Below, in pieces: positions 20,106-31,788 of a stretch of DNA of 64,000 bases. Positions within the stretch are counted from its first letter, which is position 1, and the number at the start of each line of letters is the position of its first letter. The position numbers and the translations under genes were made by a program. The notes beneath the pieces are model-generated. The model did no database searches. It was not told the DNA's origin and saw nothing but the letters and a program-made list of their open reading frames with translations. The DNA lies in assembly GCA_963701965.1 (NCBI GenBank), contig OY969695.1, positions 2,976,001 through 3,040,000 of the forward strand, written 5' to 3'. This DNA is from an uncultured Gemmatimonadales bacterium (GTDB lineage: Bacteria; Gemmatimonadota; Gemmatimonadetes; Gemmatimonadales; Gemmatimonadaceae).

Positions 20106-22041
20106 CTACTGGACGCCGCCGAGCAAGTACTGCTGGACGAACGCGACCGTCGCGTACTGCTGGTAGTCCTGGTTTTTTTTCTTGGCGAACCCGTGTCCCT
20201 CGTCCGTCCCGACGAGGTACCAGACCGTGGTGCCGTGTTGCTTGACCGCGCCGACGACCTGGTCGGCCTCGGACTTCGGCACGCGCGGATCGTTGGCGCC
20301 GGCGACGACGAACAGCGGCTTGGTGATCTTGTCGGCGTTGTTGAGCGGGGCCGTGCGTTCCATCCACGCCCGCACCGAGGTGTCCCGTTCGTCGCCGTAC
20401 TCGACGCGCCGGAGATCGCGGCGATAGCTCTCGGTGTGCTCGAGGAACGTCGCCAGGTCGGACATGCCGACGACATCGAGCGCGCACGTGATGCGGTCGG
20501 CGTACAGCGTCGCCGTGACCAGCGTCATGTGCCCGCCGTAGCTCCCCCCCGTCACCATGACGCGGCTGGCATCGAGATCGGGCTGCGCGGCGATCCAGTC
20601 GAAGAGCGCGCCGATGTCGTGATACGCGTCCATGCGCTTCACGCCGTTGTCGGCGGCGACGAACGTCTTCCCGTATCCCGTCGACCCCCGGATGTTCGGG
20701 AAGATGATCGCCACGCCCTGTTGGTCGACGAAGTAGTTCATCCGTCCGAGAAACCCCGGCCGCCACTGTCCCTCGGGTCCCCCGTGAATGTCGATGATGA
20801 CCGGGCGCTTGCCGGTGTACTTGGCGGGCGGACGATACACGAACCCCGAGATGGTGAGACCGTCGGCGCCTTTCCAGTGGACGAGCCGCGGCTCGGCGAA
20901 CGTGCGCGGGTCCATCCCGCCGGTCTCGGACTCCGTCCACCGGTCCACCGACTGCGTGGCGACGTTGAGCGAGTAGACATCCTGCGGCGAGTGGGCCGAG
21001 CTGATCGTGAAGCCCAGATCGCGGTTGTTGCGGTGCCATTGGAGTCCGCCGATGATGCCCACCGGTAGCGTCGGCGTCGGTCGCGCCGTGCCGGTCACCG
21101 GATCGATCAGGTGCAACGCGCTGACGCCGTCTTCGTTGGTGACGTAGGCCATCGTCTTGCCATTCTTTCGACAAGGCGAACGACTCGACGTCCCATTTCG
21201 CTTCGCCCGGGACGACGACGCGATGGATTTTGGTGGCCAGGTCGATCGCGATGAGGCGGGCGAACTCCGAGCCCTCGTCGCTCGTCGCGTAGACGACTTT
21301 GCCGTCGCGGCTGAACGCGCCGCCGCCATACGACACGACGCCGGTCGTCGTGAGTCGCGTCTTCGCGCCCGACGCCACGTCGACGAGCCAAAGCGCGCTC
21401 TCGTTCACGGACACGTAGTTGGCGACCAGCAGTGTCTTGTCGTCGGGGGACCAGTCGATCGGCGCCCACCCGCCGCCCTGTACTTGAAGGAGGAGCCGGT
21501 CGCTCGCGGGCCGAGTTGGATCCATCAGATAGATGTCGGTGTCGGTGCCGTTGCGCCGCGTGGAGCGGTAGGCGATGCGGGTGCCATTGGTCGACCACGG
21601 GCCCAAGTCATTCTTGCTCTTCCCGTCCGTGAGCAATGTCGCGGTGCCCGTCTCTTGGTCGAAGCGATAGAGCTGGTTGAATTCGCTGCCGCCGACGTCG
21701 CGCTCGATCACGAGGTACGCTCCCGTCGTCGGCTGGTAGCGCGCGGACAGAATGCGATCGGGGAAGAACGTCAGCTGGTGCCGGTCGCCACCGGGGACGC
21801 GCACCGTGTGCGCTTGCACGACGTCGGCGAAGCGGGTCGAGATCAGCACTTCGCGGCGCGTCGGGTGCCAGTCCTGAAGGCCGGCGCTCCGGAACTCCGT
21901 GTAGCGGCTGACGGCTTCGGCGACGGCCGCTTGGATCGGCGGGACGCCGTCGACGACGAGGTGTTCGTTCGGGGCGACGAGCTGGGAGAGCGCGGGCGCC
22001 GATATCGCCAGACTGGCGATCGCCAGGCAACGGGAGAGCAC
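20106..22041 (-). CDS. S9 prolyl oligopeptidase family peptidase with a +1 frameshift near 21163
   Basis: Beta-propeller N-part; IHGGPEGQ, GGSYGG nucleophile, D and DEGHGF catalytic residues; removing one base restores SKDGKTMAY. Confidence 0.9.
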
Positions 22042-22102
22042 GCGGGGTCTCTGGGGGCGGGGAGCCCCAAGCTGTCGAGAGTCCCGCCGGGACGCAACGG
22101 TA

Positions 22103-22360
22103 CTACGTCACGTGCACGATGCCGTCGCGAATATCGATCGTGCGGGTTGGTACAACAGCGCCCGTAGGGTCCAGCAGTTCGAGGGCGAGGGCCCGCAGGG
22201 CGCGCTCGCGGCGTTCACCGCTCAGCTGAAACAGCGGCTCGACCAACTCATAACCGGGTCCCGGCCGGAATTCTCCCGACCGCGCGCTCGTCGTGGTCCC
22301 GGTGTGTTCCAGATCCGAGCGCCCGACGATGATGCCGCGCAGGCGCAGGGTATAGGTCAC
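22103..22360 (-). CDS. Hypothetical protein, 85 aa
   Basis: GTG start overlapping the upstream stop; MTYTLRLRGIIVGRSDLE...FRPGPGYELVEPLF. Confidence 0.6.
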   Translation of the reverse strand: MTYTLRLRGIIVGRSDLEHTGTTTSARSGEFRPGPGYELVEPLFQLSGERRERALRALALELLDPTGAVVPTRTIDIRDGIVHVT

Positions 22361-22989
22361 TGGGCCGGGAGCCGCACCTCGATCTCGCCGACGTAGGGCC
22401 GAAGCTCCCGGGCGAGATGGTTTGCCGACGACACCTTCTTGTCGCCCATGACCGACCGATAGGGCTTGGGCTCGTACAGGTGCAGAGCGTCGAGACGGAT
22501 CGAGAGCGTCGTGTCCCGGGCCAGCGTGCCGCCGCGCCAGTTGGTGACGCGGCCGCCGTAGTCCCACCCAAATCCGAAGAACTCGAACGGCTTCGCGTTG
22601 AGCGACTCCAACTCGGCAATGCTCGTCCCCAGCGTGAGCCCGGCCGCCGTGTGCCACACCGACGTCGATCCCTGAAAGAAGATCGAGCGCGGGTAGCGCA
22701 GGTTGACCGTGTCGGCCCAGACGATCTCCAAGCGTCGCAGTGAGTCGTCGGGGAACACAACGGCGGCGATGGCGCCGGTTTGGCCCTCGGGGCCAATGCG
22801 GCGCTTGAGGCGGACGTTGGACTCGCCGTACGCCCGCGCCACATCCGCGAGCGTGCAGCGGGGCATGATCGCGCCGACGCGGGCGCCGGGGACGATAAGC
22901 CAGTCGGGAATGTCGGCTGCCAGTGGGTGCGGCGTCGGCGCGGCTGCCAGCAGCAGCCCGGCCGTCAAGAACCGAAATGCGGCGCTCAT
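22357..22989 (-). CDS. Hypothetical exported protein
   Basis: Signal peptide; conserved-looking LNAKPFEFFGFGWDYGG..NWRGG motif. Confidence 0.7.
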   Translation of the reverse strand: MSAAFRFLTAGLLLAAAPTPHPLAADIPDWLIVPGARVGAIMPRCTLADVARAYGESNVRLKRRIGPEGQTGAIAAVVFPDDSLRRLEIVWADTVNLRYPRSIFFQGSTSVWHTAAGLTLGTSIAELESLNAKPFEFFGFGWDYGGRVTNWRGGTLARDTTLSIRLDALHLYEPKPYRSVMGDKKVSSANHLARELRPYVGEIEVRLPAQ

Positions 22990-23087
22990 GTTCCACTGAC
23001 GACTGAGGCGCCCCTACAGGTCACGGCCGGAGGCCGGCCGTGCTCGCTGGTGCCGAATAGGGCATGCGAATTGCGGCCGAGGCGGGC

Positions 23088-23276
23088 ATGCGCGACGAGG
23101 AAGCATCGCGATCCCGGGAGCCTGCGGTTCCGTCGGTTGATCCAAAGGAGAAAGCGAAAGCTGATCAGAAAAAAGCCAAGGCGCGCGAGCTCGGCGGTGA
23201 CGCTGATCGCGGGTTGGATACTGGCGAGTACGAGCTGCTGGACGAGCGGACCGGCGAGGTCAAACGCCGGCGTTAG
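23088..23276 (+). CDS. Small hydrophilic hypothetical protein
   Basis: Fills the gap between genes; GAGG upstream; charged sequence. Confidence 0.4.
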   Translation: MRDEEASRSREPAVPSVDPKEKAKADQKKAKARELGGDADRGLDTGEYELLDERTGEVKRRR

Positions 23277-23292
23277 TGTCGGCTAGGCCGGG

Positions 23293-24024
23293 CTAGACGC
23301 GGCGGGCGCAGTGGATCGCGACGCCGCCGAGCAGTTTGCGATGGACGCGTTCGACGACGAAGCCGGCGCTGGCGAGCGTCGCGGAGAACGTGTCGGCGGA
23401 TACGAAATGGTCGACCGAGCGCGCGATGTAACCGTACACGACCGGCTCCCGATGCCAGAGCCAACCGACCGTGTTTCCGGCGGCGCTCAGGTACGCCAGG
23501 AACGCGGTACGCCAGAGCACCGGATCGGGGCGGTAGAAGTCGAGCGTGTACAAGCGGCCGCCGCGGGCCATCACGCGGGCGATCTCGCGGAGCGCGCGCG
23601 CGAAATCCGGGACGTTACGGAGCGCATACCCGGCCGTGACCGTGTCGACTGATGCGTCCGCGACGTCGAGCGCGGTCATGTCGCCGACGCGAAACGTGGG
23701 CGCCTGATGCACGGACGACGACGCGCGTGCGCAGGCGGCGTCGATCATCCGCGCCGAGGCGTCGATGCCCGTGATCCGGCCGCGAGGGGCGCGCGCCGCG
23801 ATGGCGAACGCCAGGTCGCCGGTCCCGCAGGCGAGATCGAGGGCGACGCTATCGGCCTTGATGTGGGTGTCGAGCTCCGACAGGAGCTCGGTTTTCCAAC
23901 GCCTGTCCATGCCAAACGAGAACAGGCGCGTAAAGTCATCGTACCGTGGCGCGATGATGTCGAACATCGGCGTCACGAACTGCTGCTTGAGCGACGGGTC
24001 GCTCAAGTGTCGCTCCAGGGACAT
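23293..24024 (-). CDS. ubiE: UbiE/MenG-family quinone biosynthesis methyltransferase
   Basis: MFDIIAPRYD, FSFGMDRRWK, LDLACGTGDLA, YALRNVPD. Confidence 0.8.
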   Translation of the reverse strand: MSLERHLSDPSLKQQFVTPMFDIIAPRYDDFTRLFSFGMDRRWKTELLSELDTHIKADSVALDLACGTGDLAFAIAARAPRGRITGIDASARMIDAACARASSSVHQAPTFRVGDMTALDVADASVDTVTAGYALRNVPDFARALREIARVMARGGRLYTLDFYRPDPVLWRTAFLAYLSAAGNTVGWLWHREPVVYGYIARSVDHFVSADTFSATLASAGFVVERVHRKLLGGVAIHCARRV

Positions 24025-24071
24025 GCCCCGGAGCGTGGAGCGGGTTCTCTGTTCCAGACGCCCTGCCGCGC

Positions 24072-24323
24072 TCAGCCGATCAGCCGGCGCGGCTCCTTGG
24101 CTTTCTCGGCCTCGACGGGTGCCGGCGGTTCGCTCCGCCCTTCGCGGACGCTCTCTTGACGAGGCGCATCGTTGATGGCGTCGTGAACCCCCGACAGGCT
24201 GCCTTTGAACTCCCGAATGCCTTTACCGAGCGACCGTCCGAACTCCGGTAACCTCTTGGCCCCAAAGAGCAAGAGGATGATCAGGAGCAGGAGCAGAATT
24301 TTCTCGATCCCGATTTCACCCAT
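24072..24323 (-). CDS. tatA: Twin-arginine translocase TatA/E subunit
   Basis: LLLFGAKRLPEFGRSLGKGIREFK. Confidence 0.95.
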   Translation of the reverse strand: MGEIGIEKILLLLLIILLLFGAKRLPEFGRSLGKGIREFKGSLSGVHDAINDAPRQESVREGRSEPPAPVEAEKAKEPRRLIG

Positions 24324-24356
24324 ATGGCTGTATCCCGAGGAGGAACTCAGCCAAAT

Positions 24357-24581
24357 CTACTTCGGAACGCCGGCCTCGCGAAACTGCGCCAGGGAGTGGC
24401 GGGCGACGGAGATCATGCCGCCGCACTCGGGGCATTCATGCACCTGGACGTTGCCGACCCGAAGCCGAGTCCGGTTGACGGTGACGGTTTGCTTCGTCGC
24501 ACGGGTGTGCACGAGGGCGTTGCAATGGGGGCAGACGGCGGCCGAATTGTCCGACGCCCAGCGAGTTTTCGTATATGACAT
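24357..24581 (-). CDS. YgiT-type zinc-finger protein
   Basis: CPHC...V.NVQVHECPECG, 74 aa; GAGG upstream of the ATG. Confidence 0.75.
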   Translation of the reverse strand: MSYTKTRWASDNSAAVCPHCNALVHTRATKQTVTVNRTRLRVGNVQVHECPECGGMISVARHSLAQFREAGVPK

Positions 24582-24659
24582 TAGGTAGTACCTCGGTGCT
24601 ATTGCGGGCTGGCCCATCCGACCCGCACAGTGCCATACGAGTACGGCGACTGAAAAGTT

Positions 24660-25037
24660 TTAGTCAGGACGCCCGGGCTTACCGGGCACGGGTGCGAGGA
24701 ACGCAGACGACAGCTCGCCCACGCCCCACGTATAGCTGTTGTACGCCGAGGAAGTTTCCCCGCCGTCGACGATCACGGTCACGGTTTTGAGTTGCGACCG
24801 ATATCCGTAGTGTTCCGCCGCGTACTGGGCGACCGTTCGGCCGAGCAGCCTCGGGTCGCTGGTGTCCGCGGGTACGACCAGCACCAGTTCGTTCCAGTGG
24901 TTGACGGAGACCAGAATTGGCCGGTGAAACTGCCCTTTCATCTCCCTCGCCAGGGTGGTGACGCCCCGGACCGGCTGGCACGCGGCCAGACAGATGAGTA
25001 CGCCAAAAATGACGCCCGAGGGGTTGGTCCGTCGCAT
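24660..25037 (-). CDS. Hypothetical lipoprotein
   Basis: Lipobox LAAC after a hydrophobic stretch. Confidence 0.6.
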   Translation of the reverse strand: MRRTNPSGVIFGVLICLAACQPVRGVTTLAREMKGQFHRPILVSVNHWNELVLVVPADTSDPRLLGRTVAQYAAEHYGYRSQLKTVTVIVDGGETSSAYNSYTWGVGELSSAFLAPVPGKPGRPD

Positions 25038-25206
25038 ACTTTTCATGGACGGGTAGCGGGGTCCACACGCAACGACGGGTGGGAAGAAAAAACATTTGTA
25101 CGCGCGGCAAAAAACTACGCCGCCGAGGCTGCTCATTGATTATCTTGTCTCGATCTGATGGCCGGCGATTCGAGCCGCCGGCACACCACTTAACCGGTAT
25201 CGAATA

Positions 25207-26124
25207 GTGAAGCATGCCAAGGCGACGGCCGGACACCTCACGCAGCCGGCCGCCGGCGGGGACGTTCCAGGAGCGGACATCCTCGACCTGTACATTGAAG
25301 AGCTGCGTCGTACTCCCGTGATTTCCGCGCAGGCGCAGAAGGATCTCGCCCGGCGCATGCGCAATACTCGCGTGTCCGTCGCCGATCGTGCGCGCGCGCG
25401 CGAGGAGCTGATCACGGCGAACCTCCGGTTCGCTTTCTCGGTGGCCAAGAAATACCAGAACCGCGGTCTCCCGCTCGATGATCTCATCAGCGAGGCGAAC
25501 GCGGGACTGTGCCGGGCCGCCGACAAGTACGACCCCGATGTCGGCGTGAACTTCATCTCGTACGCCGTGTGGTGGATCAAGCAGGCGATTCTCTCGTCGA
25601 TCACCACGACGGGTCGGTCGGTGCGTCTGCCCCTCGGCCGCGCCGCCGATGTGGCGCGTCTGGGCAAAGCGCAGACGGCGCTCCGTCAGGCGCTGAATCG
25701 CGAGCCCACGGTCGACGAAGTGGCGCGCGTGTGCGGCCTGTCGGTCGAGATGGTGCAGAGCCTCTCCGCCCTCGCCTATCCCGAGCGCTCGCTCGACGAG
25801 CCCGTGTCGCGCAATGGCGCCGAGGACGGCGGCGCCACGCTGGCGAATTTCGTCGCCAGCGAGGATGACGATGGCCTCCCGCCGGGATTCGACGAGCGGG
25901 CGCGCCGCGAGGCGCTGTGGCAGGCACTCGAAGAGCTGCCGCCGCGCGATCGACGCATCCTGGCGCTGTACTACGGCCTGGAGACCGGCGAGCCGCTCAC
26001 GCTCGAAGAGATCGGACAGATCTTCGGCGTGAGCCGCGAGCGGGTCCGCCAGCTGCGCGATCGCGCGCTGGCGCGCGTCCGCCGCGGTGTCGCCGCGTCT
26101 ACTTTGCGGGACTGGGCGGCGTAG
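25207..26124 (+). CDS. RNA polymerase sigma-70 factor (RpoD/SigA-like, no region 1.1)
   Basis: ANLRFAFSVAKKYQNRGL, FISYAVWWIKQAI, TLEEIGQIFGVSRERVRQL. Confidence 0.92.
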   Translation: MKHAKATAGHLTQPAAGGDVPGADILDLYIEELRRTPVISAQAQKDLARRMRNTRVSVADRARAREELITANLRFAFSVAKKYQNRGLPLDDLISEANAGLCRAADKYDPDVGVNFISYAVWWIKQAILSSITTTGRSVRLPLGRAADVARLGKAQTALRQALNREPTVDEVARVCGLSVEMVQSLSALAYPERSLDEPVSRNGAEDGGATLANFVASEDDDGLPPGFDERARREALWQALEELPPRDRRILALYYGLETGEPLTLEEIGQIFGVSRERVRQLRDRALARVRRGVAASTLRDWAA

Positions 26125-27676
26125 GAGCCGCTTTCGCCGAGAAACTGGGTCGCGCGATCGCGTACACCGCGATCTCGCCGACCGTGAAGTCGGGCCGCGC
26201 ATGCGCCGCAACCTCGCGGTGCATGCGCGGATCGTTTCCGGCCACGATCACGTAGTCATACTCGTCCGTCACCCGCGACCAGTCCACCGCGTCGGTGTCC
26301 CGCGTCATGCCACCGCTCCACCCGCCCGGCGGCGGGTAGAGATGCGCCGTCTCCTGGAAGTACGGCATGAACGTCTGGGGTGGGGCGCCGCCGCCATCCC
26401 CGCCAAAGTTGAAGAGCGACGGGACGCGCCCGCCGTTCTCGATCTGGTACCAGAACGCGAAGTGGCGGTACGGGATCACCCGCGGGCCCCAGCGCTGCTC
26501 GTCGGCGACGACCGGAAAGACGTTGCGCCCAGGCGGGAGCCGCTCGAGCGCCGTCGCGTAGTCGTCCAACTCCCGGTCGATCGTGTGGACGCCGCGGGAG
26601 AGGATGACGCTGTTGATCACGGAGCCGACGAGAAGGGCGACCAGCACGCTGGTGCGAACCCGATTCCCGCTCCACTCGGCCATGCAAAATGGCAGGAGAA
26701 ACGCGGGCATGAGCCACCGCATGTCGAGGTAGCCGGTGCCCCACATGTTGGGCGGAAAGATGAGATACAGGGCGACGAACGCCGCCACCGCGAGGCCCCA
26801 GGTGCCGATCCAGTGGGGGCGGGGGTTCGTACGGAGAAACAACACCAGGGCGCCGAGGTAGGTGACGACGGACACCAGCGCCTGGCCATAGCCGTACACG
26901 TAGAATGGCGTGAGGATGTTCCGGAGCTTGGACCACGGCGTGCCGAGGTAGAGCGCGCCGGGATGCGCGTCGGGCGGTATGGGCGGGAGGAGGGAGTTGG
27001 AGATCAGAACGAAGAGGCCGAGGATCGCGGTCATGAGGAGCACCCCGCGCCACCGCTTGTCCTTGTGCTCGCGCCGGTCGTACCACACCGCCAGCATCAT
27101 GTCGAGCCAGATCACGACCAGGATCATGAGCGGCGCCGACAGATGGAACAGGAACGTGGCCAGCAGTCCCAGCGTGAGTCCGGTCCATCGCGCCGGTGAG
27201 AGCGCCTTCCGGTGGGGCCACCAGGCCGCGAGCCACGCCATCGTGAGCCCCAGCCCGACGGTGTAGCTCATGAAGCCGACGTGCGTAAAGAATCCGAAGC
27301 CCAGAACGACGCCGACCAATGCCCAGCCGCGGTTGACCGTCCCGGTGGCGGCCAGCAGCAGATAAAATCCGATGGGGATCGCCGACACGACGAGCACGGC
27401 GATCACTTTGAGCGTCGCGGCGGGGGACAGGACCGTCGCCAGAACGGCGCCGATGAGATCGAGACCGAGATAGGGGCCCGGGATCGGCCGCATCTCAATG
27501 TACGGCACGCCGTGACCGCTCCACGCGCGCGCCATGAGCACGTAGCGCGTGAGGTGGTCGACGGAGTCCTCGAACGGGAAGTTGTTCCGGACCGCGAGCA
27601 CGATCGCGATGTTCACCGCGAGACCGATCAGAAACACGGTCAACTCGGGGGTCAGGCGCAAGGAGCGGGTATTCAT
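26099..27676 (-). CDS. Polytopic membrane protein, possibly a GT-C-fold glycosyltransferase
   Basis: About 12 hydrophobic segments, acidic motif EDSVDH after the first TM, soluble C-terminal domain. Confidence 0.55.
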   Translation of the reverse strand: MNTRSLRLTPELTVFLIGLAVNIAIVLAVRNNFPFEDSVDHLTRYVLMARAWSGHGVPYIEMRPIPGPYLGLDLIGAVLATVLSPAATLKVIAVLVVSAIPIGFYLLLAATGTVNRGWALVGVVLGFGFFTHVGFMSYTVGLGLTMAWLAAWWPHRKALSPARWTGLTLGLLATFLFHLSAPLMILVVIWLDMMLAVWYDRREHKDKRWRGVLLMTAILGLFVLISNSLLPPIPPDAHPGALYLGTPWSKLRNILTPFYVYGYGQALVSVVTYLGALVLFLRTNPRPHWIGTWGLAVAAFVALYLIFPPNMWGTGYLDMRWLMPAFLLPFCMAEWSGNRVRTSVLVALLVGSVINSVILSRGVHTIDRELDDYATALERLPPGRNVFPVVADEQRWGPRVIPYRHFAFWYQIENGGRVPSLFNFGGDGGGAPPQTFMPYFQETAHLYPPPGGWSGGMTRDTDAVDWSRVTDEYDYVIVAGNDPRMHREVAAHARPDFTVGEIAVYAIARPSFSAKAAPTPPSPAK

Positions 27677-27724
27677 ACGCTTGGGGTCCCGTTGCAAGAC
27701 TCGCGCTCGGTCGTCCCGGATCGT

Positions 27725-29437
27725 ATGAAGTTAGCGGCGCGCCGCGGGGGAAGTACGATCGCCCAGCGCTTGTGGGCGGGGTTCGCGGGTCTACTCGTCC
27801 TCCTGGTGCTGGCGGGTACCCTGGGTTGGTCGACCCTGCATGCGCTGTCGGCGGCCGTCCGCGCGACGGTCGAGGCGTCCCAAGGCGACGCCCAGCTGGC
27901 GTCCCGGTTGTCGAGCGACGTGGCCCGCGAGGTGGACGCGGCGGGGCGCCTGCTCGACGTCCACGAGGAGTCGGTGGAGGGGGAGTACCGCTCCCTCGGC
28001 GAGCGCGCGCACGCGATCCAACACGCCATGGCCATGCGGCCCGGGCTCACGCCGGTCGAGATGGCGCTGTTGTCGGACATCGACGACAAGCTGTCGCAGG
28101 TCGAGGTGGGCTTCGCGTTGGCGCACGTGCTGCACGACCTGGGGCGCACGGAGGCGGCGATGACGGAGCGCTCGGGCGCGCGGCCGTTGGTGCGCGCCGT
28201 GCTCGACGACCTGGATCGGCTGGCGCAGCTCAAGGCGCGGCAGGAGATGGACACGTCGGAGCGCTTGAGCGACAATGCATCGCATCGCGCGCTCGTGTTT
28301 CTGGCGGCGATCCTGGCGGCGCTGGTGTTGGCATGGGTCATCGTGCGATCGACGGTCCGGGGCATCGCCCGGCCGCTGCACCAACTGCTGGCGCACGCGG
28401 GGCGGTTGCGGGACGGAGACCTGACGTCGCGGATCACGACGACGCTCCCCGGCGAATTCGAGACGCTGGCGACGGCGCTCAACAAAACGGCGGAGTCGCT
28501 GGCCCGTATCGTCGGGGTGGCGACAATGACGGCGGAGAGCGTCGCCAAGTCGGCGCACGAGCTGTCGACGGCGGCGGGCCAGATCTCGCAGGCGGCGTCG
28601 CAGACGGCGGACTCAATGGGCGAGGTCACGATCGGGGCGTCGAGCCAGGTCGAGGCGCTGCACCAGATCGACGGCGTGCTGCGGGGCATCACGGAGCGCG
28701 CCGACGGCGTGCGGTCGGGGGTCGAAGCCGTGGGGCAGTTGGCGGCGGGCGTCGCCGAGTCGGCGACCGCGAAACGCAATGAGGTGGAGCGGGCGCTCGG
28801 CATCCTGACCGACGTGCGCGAGACGGTGCGGCACGCCGCGGCGGAGGTGGCGGCGCTCATGGCCAGCACGGACAATGTGAACCGGTTCGCGGAGTTGGTG
28901 CGCGGCATCGCCAATCAGACCAATCTCCTGGCGCTGAACGCCGCCATCGAGGCGGCGCGCGCCGGCGAGGCGGGGCGGGGGTTTCGCGTAGTGGCCGACG
29001 AAGTGCGCGCGTTGGCCACCCAGGCGCGCGACGCGGCGGACGACATCGCGCGGACGACCGCGTTGGTGGGCGAGCGGGTGGCGGCGACGACGCGGGCCAT
29101 GGAGGCAGGGGTCGCGCGGGTGGCCGAGATCGAGCAGGTGGCCCGCGACATCGACGGAGCGCTGGCGACCATCGGCGAGTTCGCGGGACGGACGCGCGCG
29201 GCGGCGACCGGGGTCGCGGAGTCGGCGGTGTACAATATGACGGCGGTCCAGGAGGCGGTGACCGGCTTGAGCTCGATCGCGCGCACGGCCGAAGGGTACG
29301 CGGCGGCGGCCGAGCAGGTGTCCGCGTCGACGCAGGAGCAGAGCGCGGCGTGCGAGCAGATGACGTCGGCGTCGGCCGAGTTGCTCGACGGCAGCACGCA
29401 ACTCCGCGAGATCGTCCGCACGCTGCGCGTCGCGTAG
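27725..29437 (+). CDS. Methyl-accepting chemotaxis protein
   Basis: Two TMs, [41 protein letters not shown]. Confidence 0.95.
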   Translation: MKLAARRGGSTIAQRLWAGFAGLLVLLVLAGTLGWSTLHALSAAVRATVEASQGDAQLASRLSSDVAREVDAAGRLLDVHEESVEGEYRSLGERAHAIQHAMAMRPGLTPVEMALLSDIDDKLSQVEVGFALAHVLHDLGRTEAAMTERSGARPLVRAVLDDLDRLAQLKARQEMDTSERLSDNASHRALVFLAAILAALVLAWVIVRSTVRGIARPLHQLLAHAGRLRDGDLTSRITTTLPGEFETLATALNKTAESLARIVGVATMTAESVAKSAHELSTAAGQISQAASQTADSMGEVTIGASSQVEALHQIDGVLRGITERADGVRSGVEAVGQLAAGVAESATAKRNEVERALGILTDVRETVRHAAAEVAALMASTDNVNRFAELVRGIANQTNLLALNAAIEAARAGEAGRGFRVVADEVRALATQARDAADDIARTTALVGERVAATTRAMEAGVARVAEIEQVARDIDGALATIGEFAGRTRAAATGVAESAVYNMTAVQEAVTGLSSIARTAEGYAAAAEQVSASTQEQSAACEQMTSASAELLDGSTQLREIVRTLRVA

Positions 29438-29439
29438 TC

Positions 29440-30042
29440 GTGGAGCACGTCGCCCTGCCAAAGGTCTTGCTCCCCGGCCTGCCCGGTCCGTGGGTCCTGC
29501 TGGCCATCGCGGCGGCGCTCGTCGGGCTGCTTTGGTATCTCGTGCGGATACCGCGCGACTATCCGTTCCGTAGCGCGTTGCTCTCGTTGGGCGCTTTGGC
29601 GCTGGCCGGCGTGATCATCGCCGCGATGGCTGCGTTGGGTCACGCCGGGTCCATCACGCGCAATCTGGATGCCGCCGTGCACTCGGTGGCCGCCCGCACG
29701 CTCGCGGCACGCCGCATCGCGCCGCTCACGGACTACGTCCCGGCTTTTCCCGGCGCCGACACCGCCGTGCGCCGCGAGCAACCGGCGCTCAACGGACTGC
29801 CGGCGGGCACGATCTGGGACGAGACGGCGACACGGTCGATCTCCAATGTCGTCCGCTACTATGGCGACGGGGCACACCACGCGGGATGGCAGGTCGAATT
29901 CTCCGCGCCCACCGGCGTCGTCCTCCATCGCACCACGACCGCGCTGGGCCAACCGGCCGACGAACGCCTGCGCATCCAGGCGAGCGAAGCGTCCGACGAC
30001 CACACCCGTATCGAGTTCGAGCTGACGCGCCGACTCAAGTAA
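29440..30042 (+). CDS. Hypothetical membrane protein
   Basis: GTG start 2 nt after the MCP stop; two N-terminal TM helices. Confidence 0.6.
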   Translation: MEHVALPKVLLPGLPGPWVLLAIAAALVGLLWYLVRIPRDYPFRSALLSLGALALAGVIIAAMAALGHAGSITRNLDAAVHSVAARTLAARRIAPLTDYVPAFPGADTAVRREQPALNGLPAGTIWDETATRSISNVVRYYGDGAHHAGWQVEFSAPTGVVLHRTTTALGQPADERLRIQASEASDDHTRIEFELTRRLK

Positions 30043-30084
30043 GGCGCCCTTGACTTCGCCAGTCCCGCGCCGAAACTAGGCGTC

Positions 30085-31377
30085 GTGAAGATCACTCCTC
30101 TGCTGGCGCTATGTCTCCTGGCCGGGAGTTTGTCGGCGCAGGCCGATACGACCCACGAGACGGCGATCCGCGCGGGGCGATTCATCGACACCGAGCGCGG
30201 CGTCGTGCTCACCGACCAACTGGTGGTCGTGCGCGGTGAGCGCGTGGCGTCGGTGAGCGCGTGGTCGGGGCGGGCGCCGGCGGGCGCGCGGGTGATCGAC
30301 CTGTCGAAATACACGGTGAGCCCGGGGCTCATCGATTGTCACACGCATCTCGCCGACAACGTCGAGTCGCAGGACGTGCTCGATCCGCTGGAGCACTCCG
30401 AGGCGCAGATGGCGTATATCGGGATCCGCAACGCGCGAGTCACGTTGATGGCCGGCTTCACGGCGGTCCGGGACGTCGGCGTCTATCGGGCATTCACCGA
30501 CGTCGCCCTGCGCGATGCCATCAACGATGGCACCGTGCTGGGCCCGCGGATGCTGGTCGCCGGGGCGTACGTGACGTCGTCAACGGGCGGCGGCGAAGTG
30601 AGCGGGTTCGCGCCCGACATCACGCTGCCGGCGACGTTTCGCGTCGGCGTGGCCAACACGCCGGACGAAGTGCGCGAGAAAGTCCGCATCATCCTGCACG
30701 GCGGCGCCGACTTCATCAAGATCATCGCCACCGGCGCGGTGCTCACCGCGGGAACGAATCCGGGCGCCAGCGAGATGTCGGAAGAGATGATGCACGCCGC
30801 CGTCGACGAGGCCGCCAAGTACGGAACGTTCGTGGCGGCCCACGCGCACGGGGCCGAAGGCATCAAAGAGGCCGTGCGCGCCGGCGTGCGGTCGATCGAG
30901 CACGGGTCGCTCATCGACAATGAAGGCATTGCACTCATGCGCCAGCACGGCACCTATCTCGTCGCCGACATCTACGACGGCGACTGGATCGAAGAGGAAG
31001 GCAAGAAGCACGGATGGCCGGCCGAGATCATGCGGAAGAACGAAGAGACGACGCTCGCCCAGCGGCAGGGATTCAAGAAAGCCGTCGCCGCCGGCGTCAA
31101 GATCGCGTTCGGTACCGACGCCGGCGTGTATCCTTACGGCACGGATGCGATGCAACTCCCTTATATGGTGCGGTGGGGCATGACGCCCATGGGCGCCATC
31201 CAATCGGCGACGATCGACGCCGCGCGGCTCATGCGGTGGGAAGATCGCGTCGGATCCATCGCGCCCGGCAAATACGCCGATATTATCGCCGTCGAGGGTG
31301 ACGGCCTCGCCGATCTCGGCCGCTACATGCATGTCGCCTTCGTCATGAAGGGCGGTGCCATAGTAAAAGCTCCATGA
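30085..31377 (+). CDS. Exported amidohydrolase (Xaa-Pro dipeptidase-like)
   Basis: PGLIDCHTHL, GADFIKI, AAHAHG, SIEHG, FGTDAG. Confidence 0.92.
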   Translation: MKITPLLALCLLAGSLSAQADTTHETAIRAGRFIDTERGVVLTDQLVVVRGERVASVSAWSGRAPAGARVIDLSKYTVSPGLIDCHTHLADNVESQDVLDPLEHSEAQMAYIGIRNARVTLMAGFTAVRDVGVYRAFTDVALRDAINDGTVLGPRMLVAGAYVTSSTGGGEVSGFAPDITLPATFRVGVANTPDEVREKVRIILHGGADFIKIIATGAVLTAGTNPGASEMSEEMMHAAVDEAAKYGTFVAAHAHGAEGIKEAVRAGVRSIEHGSLIDNEGIALMRQHGTYLVADIYDGDWIEEEGKKHGWPAEIMRKNEETTLAQRQGFKKAVAAGVKIAFGTDAGVYPYGTDAMQLPYMVRWGMTPMGAIQSATIDAARLMRWEDRVGSIAPGKYADIIAVEGDGLADLGRYMHVAFVMKGGAIVKAP

Positions 31378-31788
31378 TGATGCCGATCACCGAATGGGCG
31401 GACGTCGACGCCCTGCTGACGTCGTTCACTCCGTACTACTTGACCGCGGGGGTTGGTCTGTTCATCGCCGCGGTCCAGTCCAGCGGCAAGCCCGCGCGCG
31501 TGCACCCGTGGGAGTGGGCCGCCCTGTTGGCACCCTTCGTCGTCTGGGGCATCGTGTTCACCCTTCCGGCCGTCGGCGCCGGACGGACGCCGCTCGACAA
31601 TGTCGGCGAAGCCATCTACGTCGGCCTGGCCACGAGCGCGTCTGGCGTTGCTCGTGCGGTGGATCGGCCCGCGGTACATGCCCGCCGCCGTCGCCCGCGT
31701 GGCGTTCGTGTGCGCGGCCTGCGCCGCCGCGATACTCATCGCCGTCTTCGCGCCGTCGTTTCCCAGGGGCACGCAGTGGCACTCCTGA
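31374..31788 (+). CDS. Small 4-TM membrane protein with a +1 frameshift near 31641
   Basis: Hydrophobic N-part ending AIYVGLATSA continues in another frame as LALLVRWIGPRY...; the ORF track fuses it artefactually to the peptidase. Confidence 0.55.

Noticed and set aside
23022..23042. Perfect hairpin cacggccgg-agg-ccggccgtg as a terminator or ncRNA
   Set aside because: It lies between divergent starts, has no U-tract, and a 9-bp GC stem can arise by chance here
24357..24581. MqsR/MqsA toxin-antitoxin system
   Set aside because: No HTH domain and no neighbouring toxin ORF
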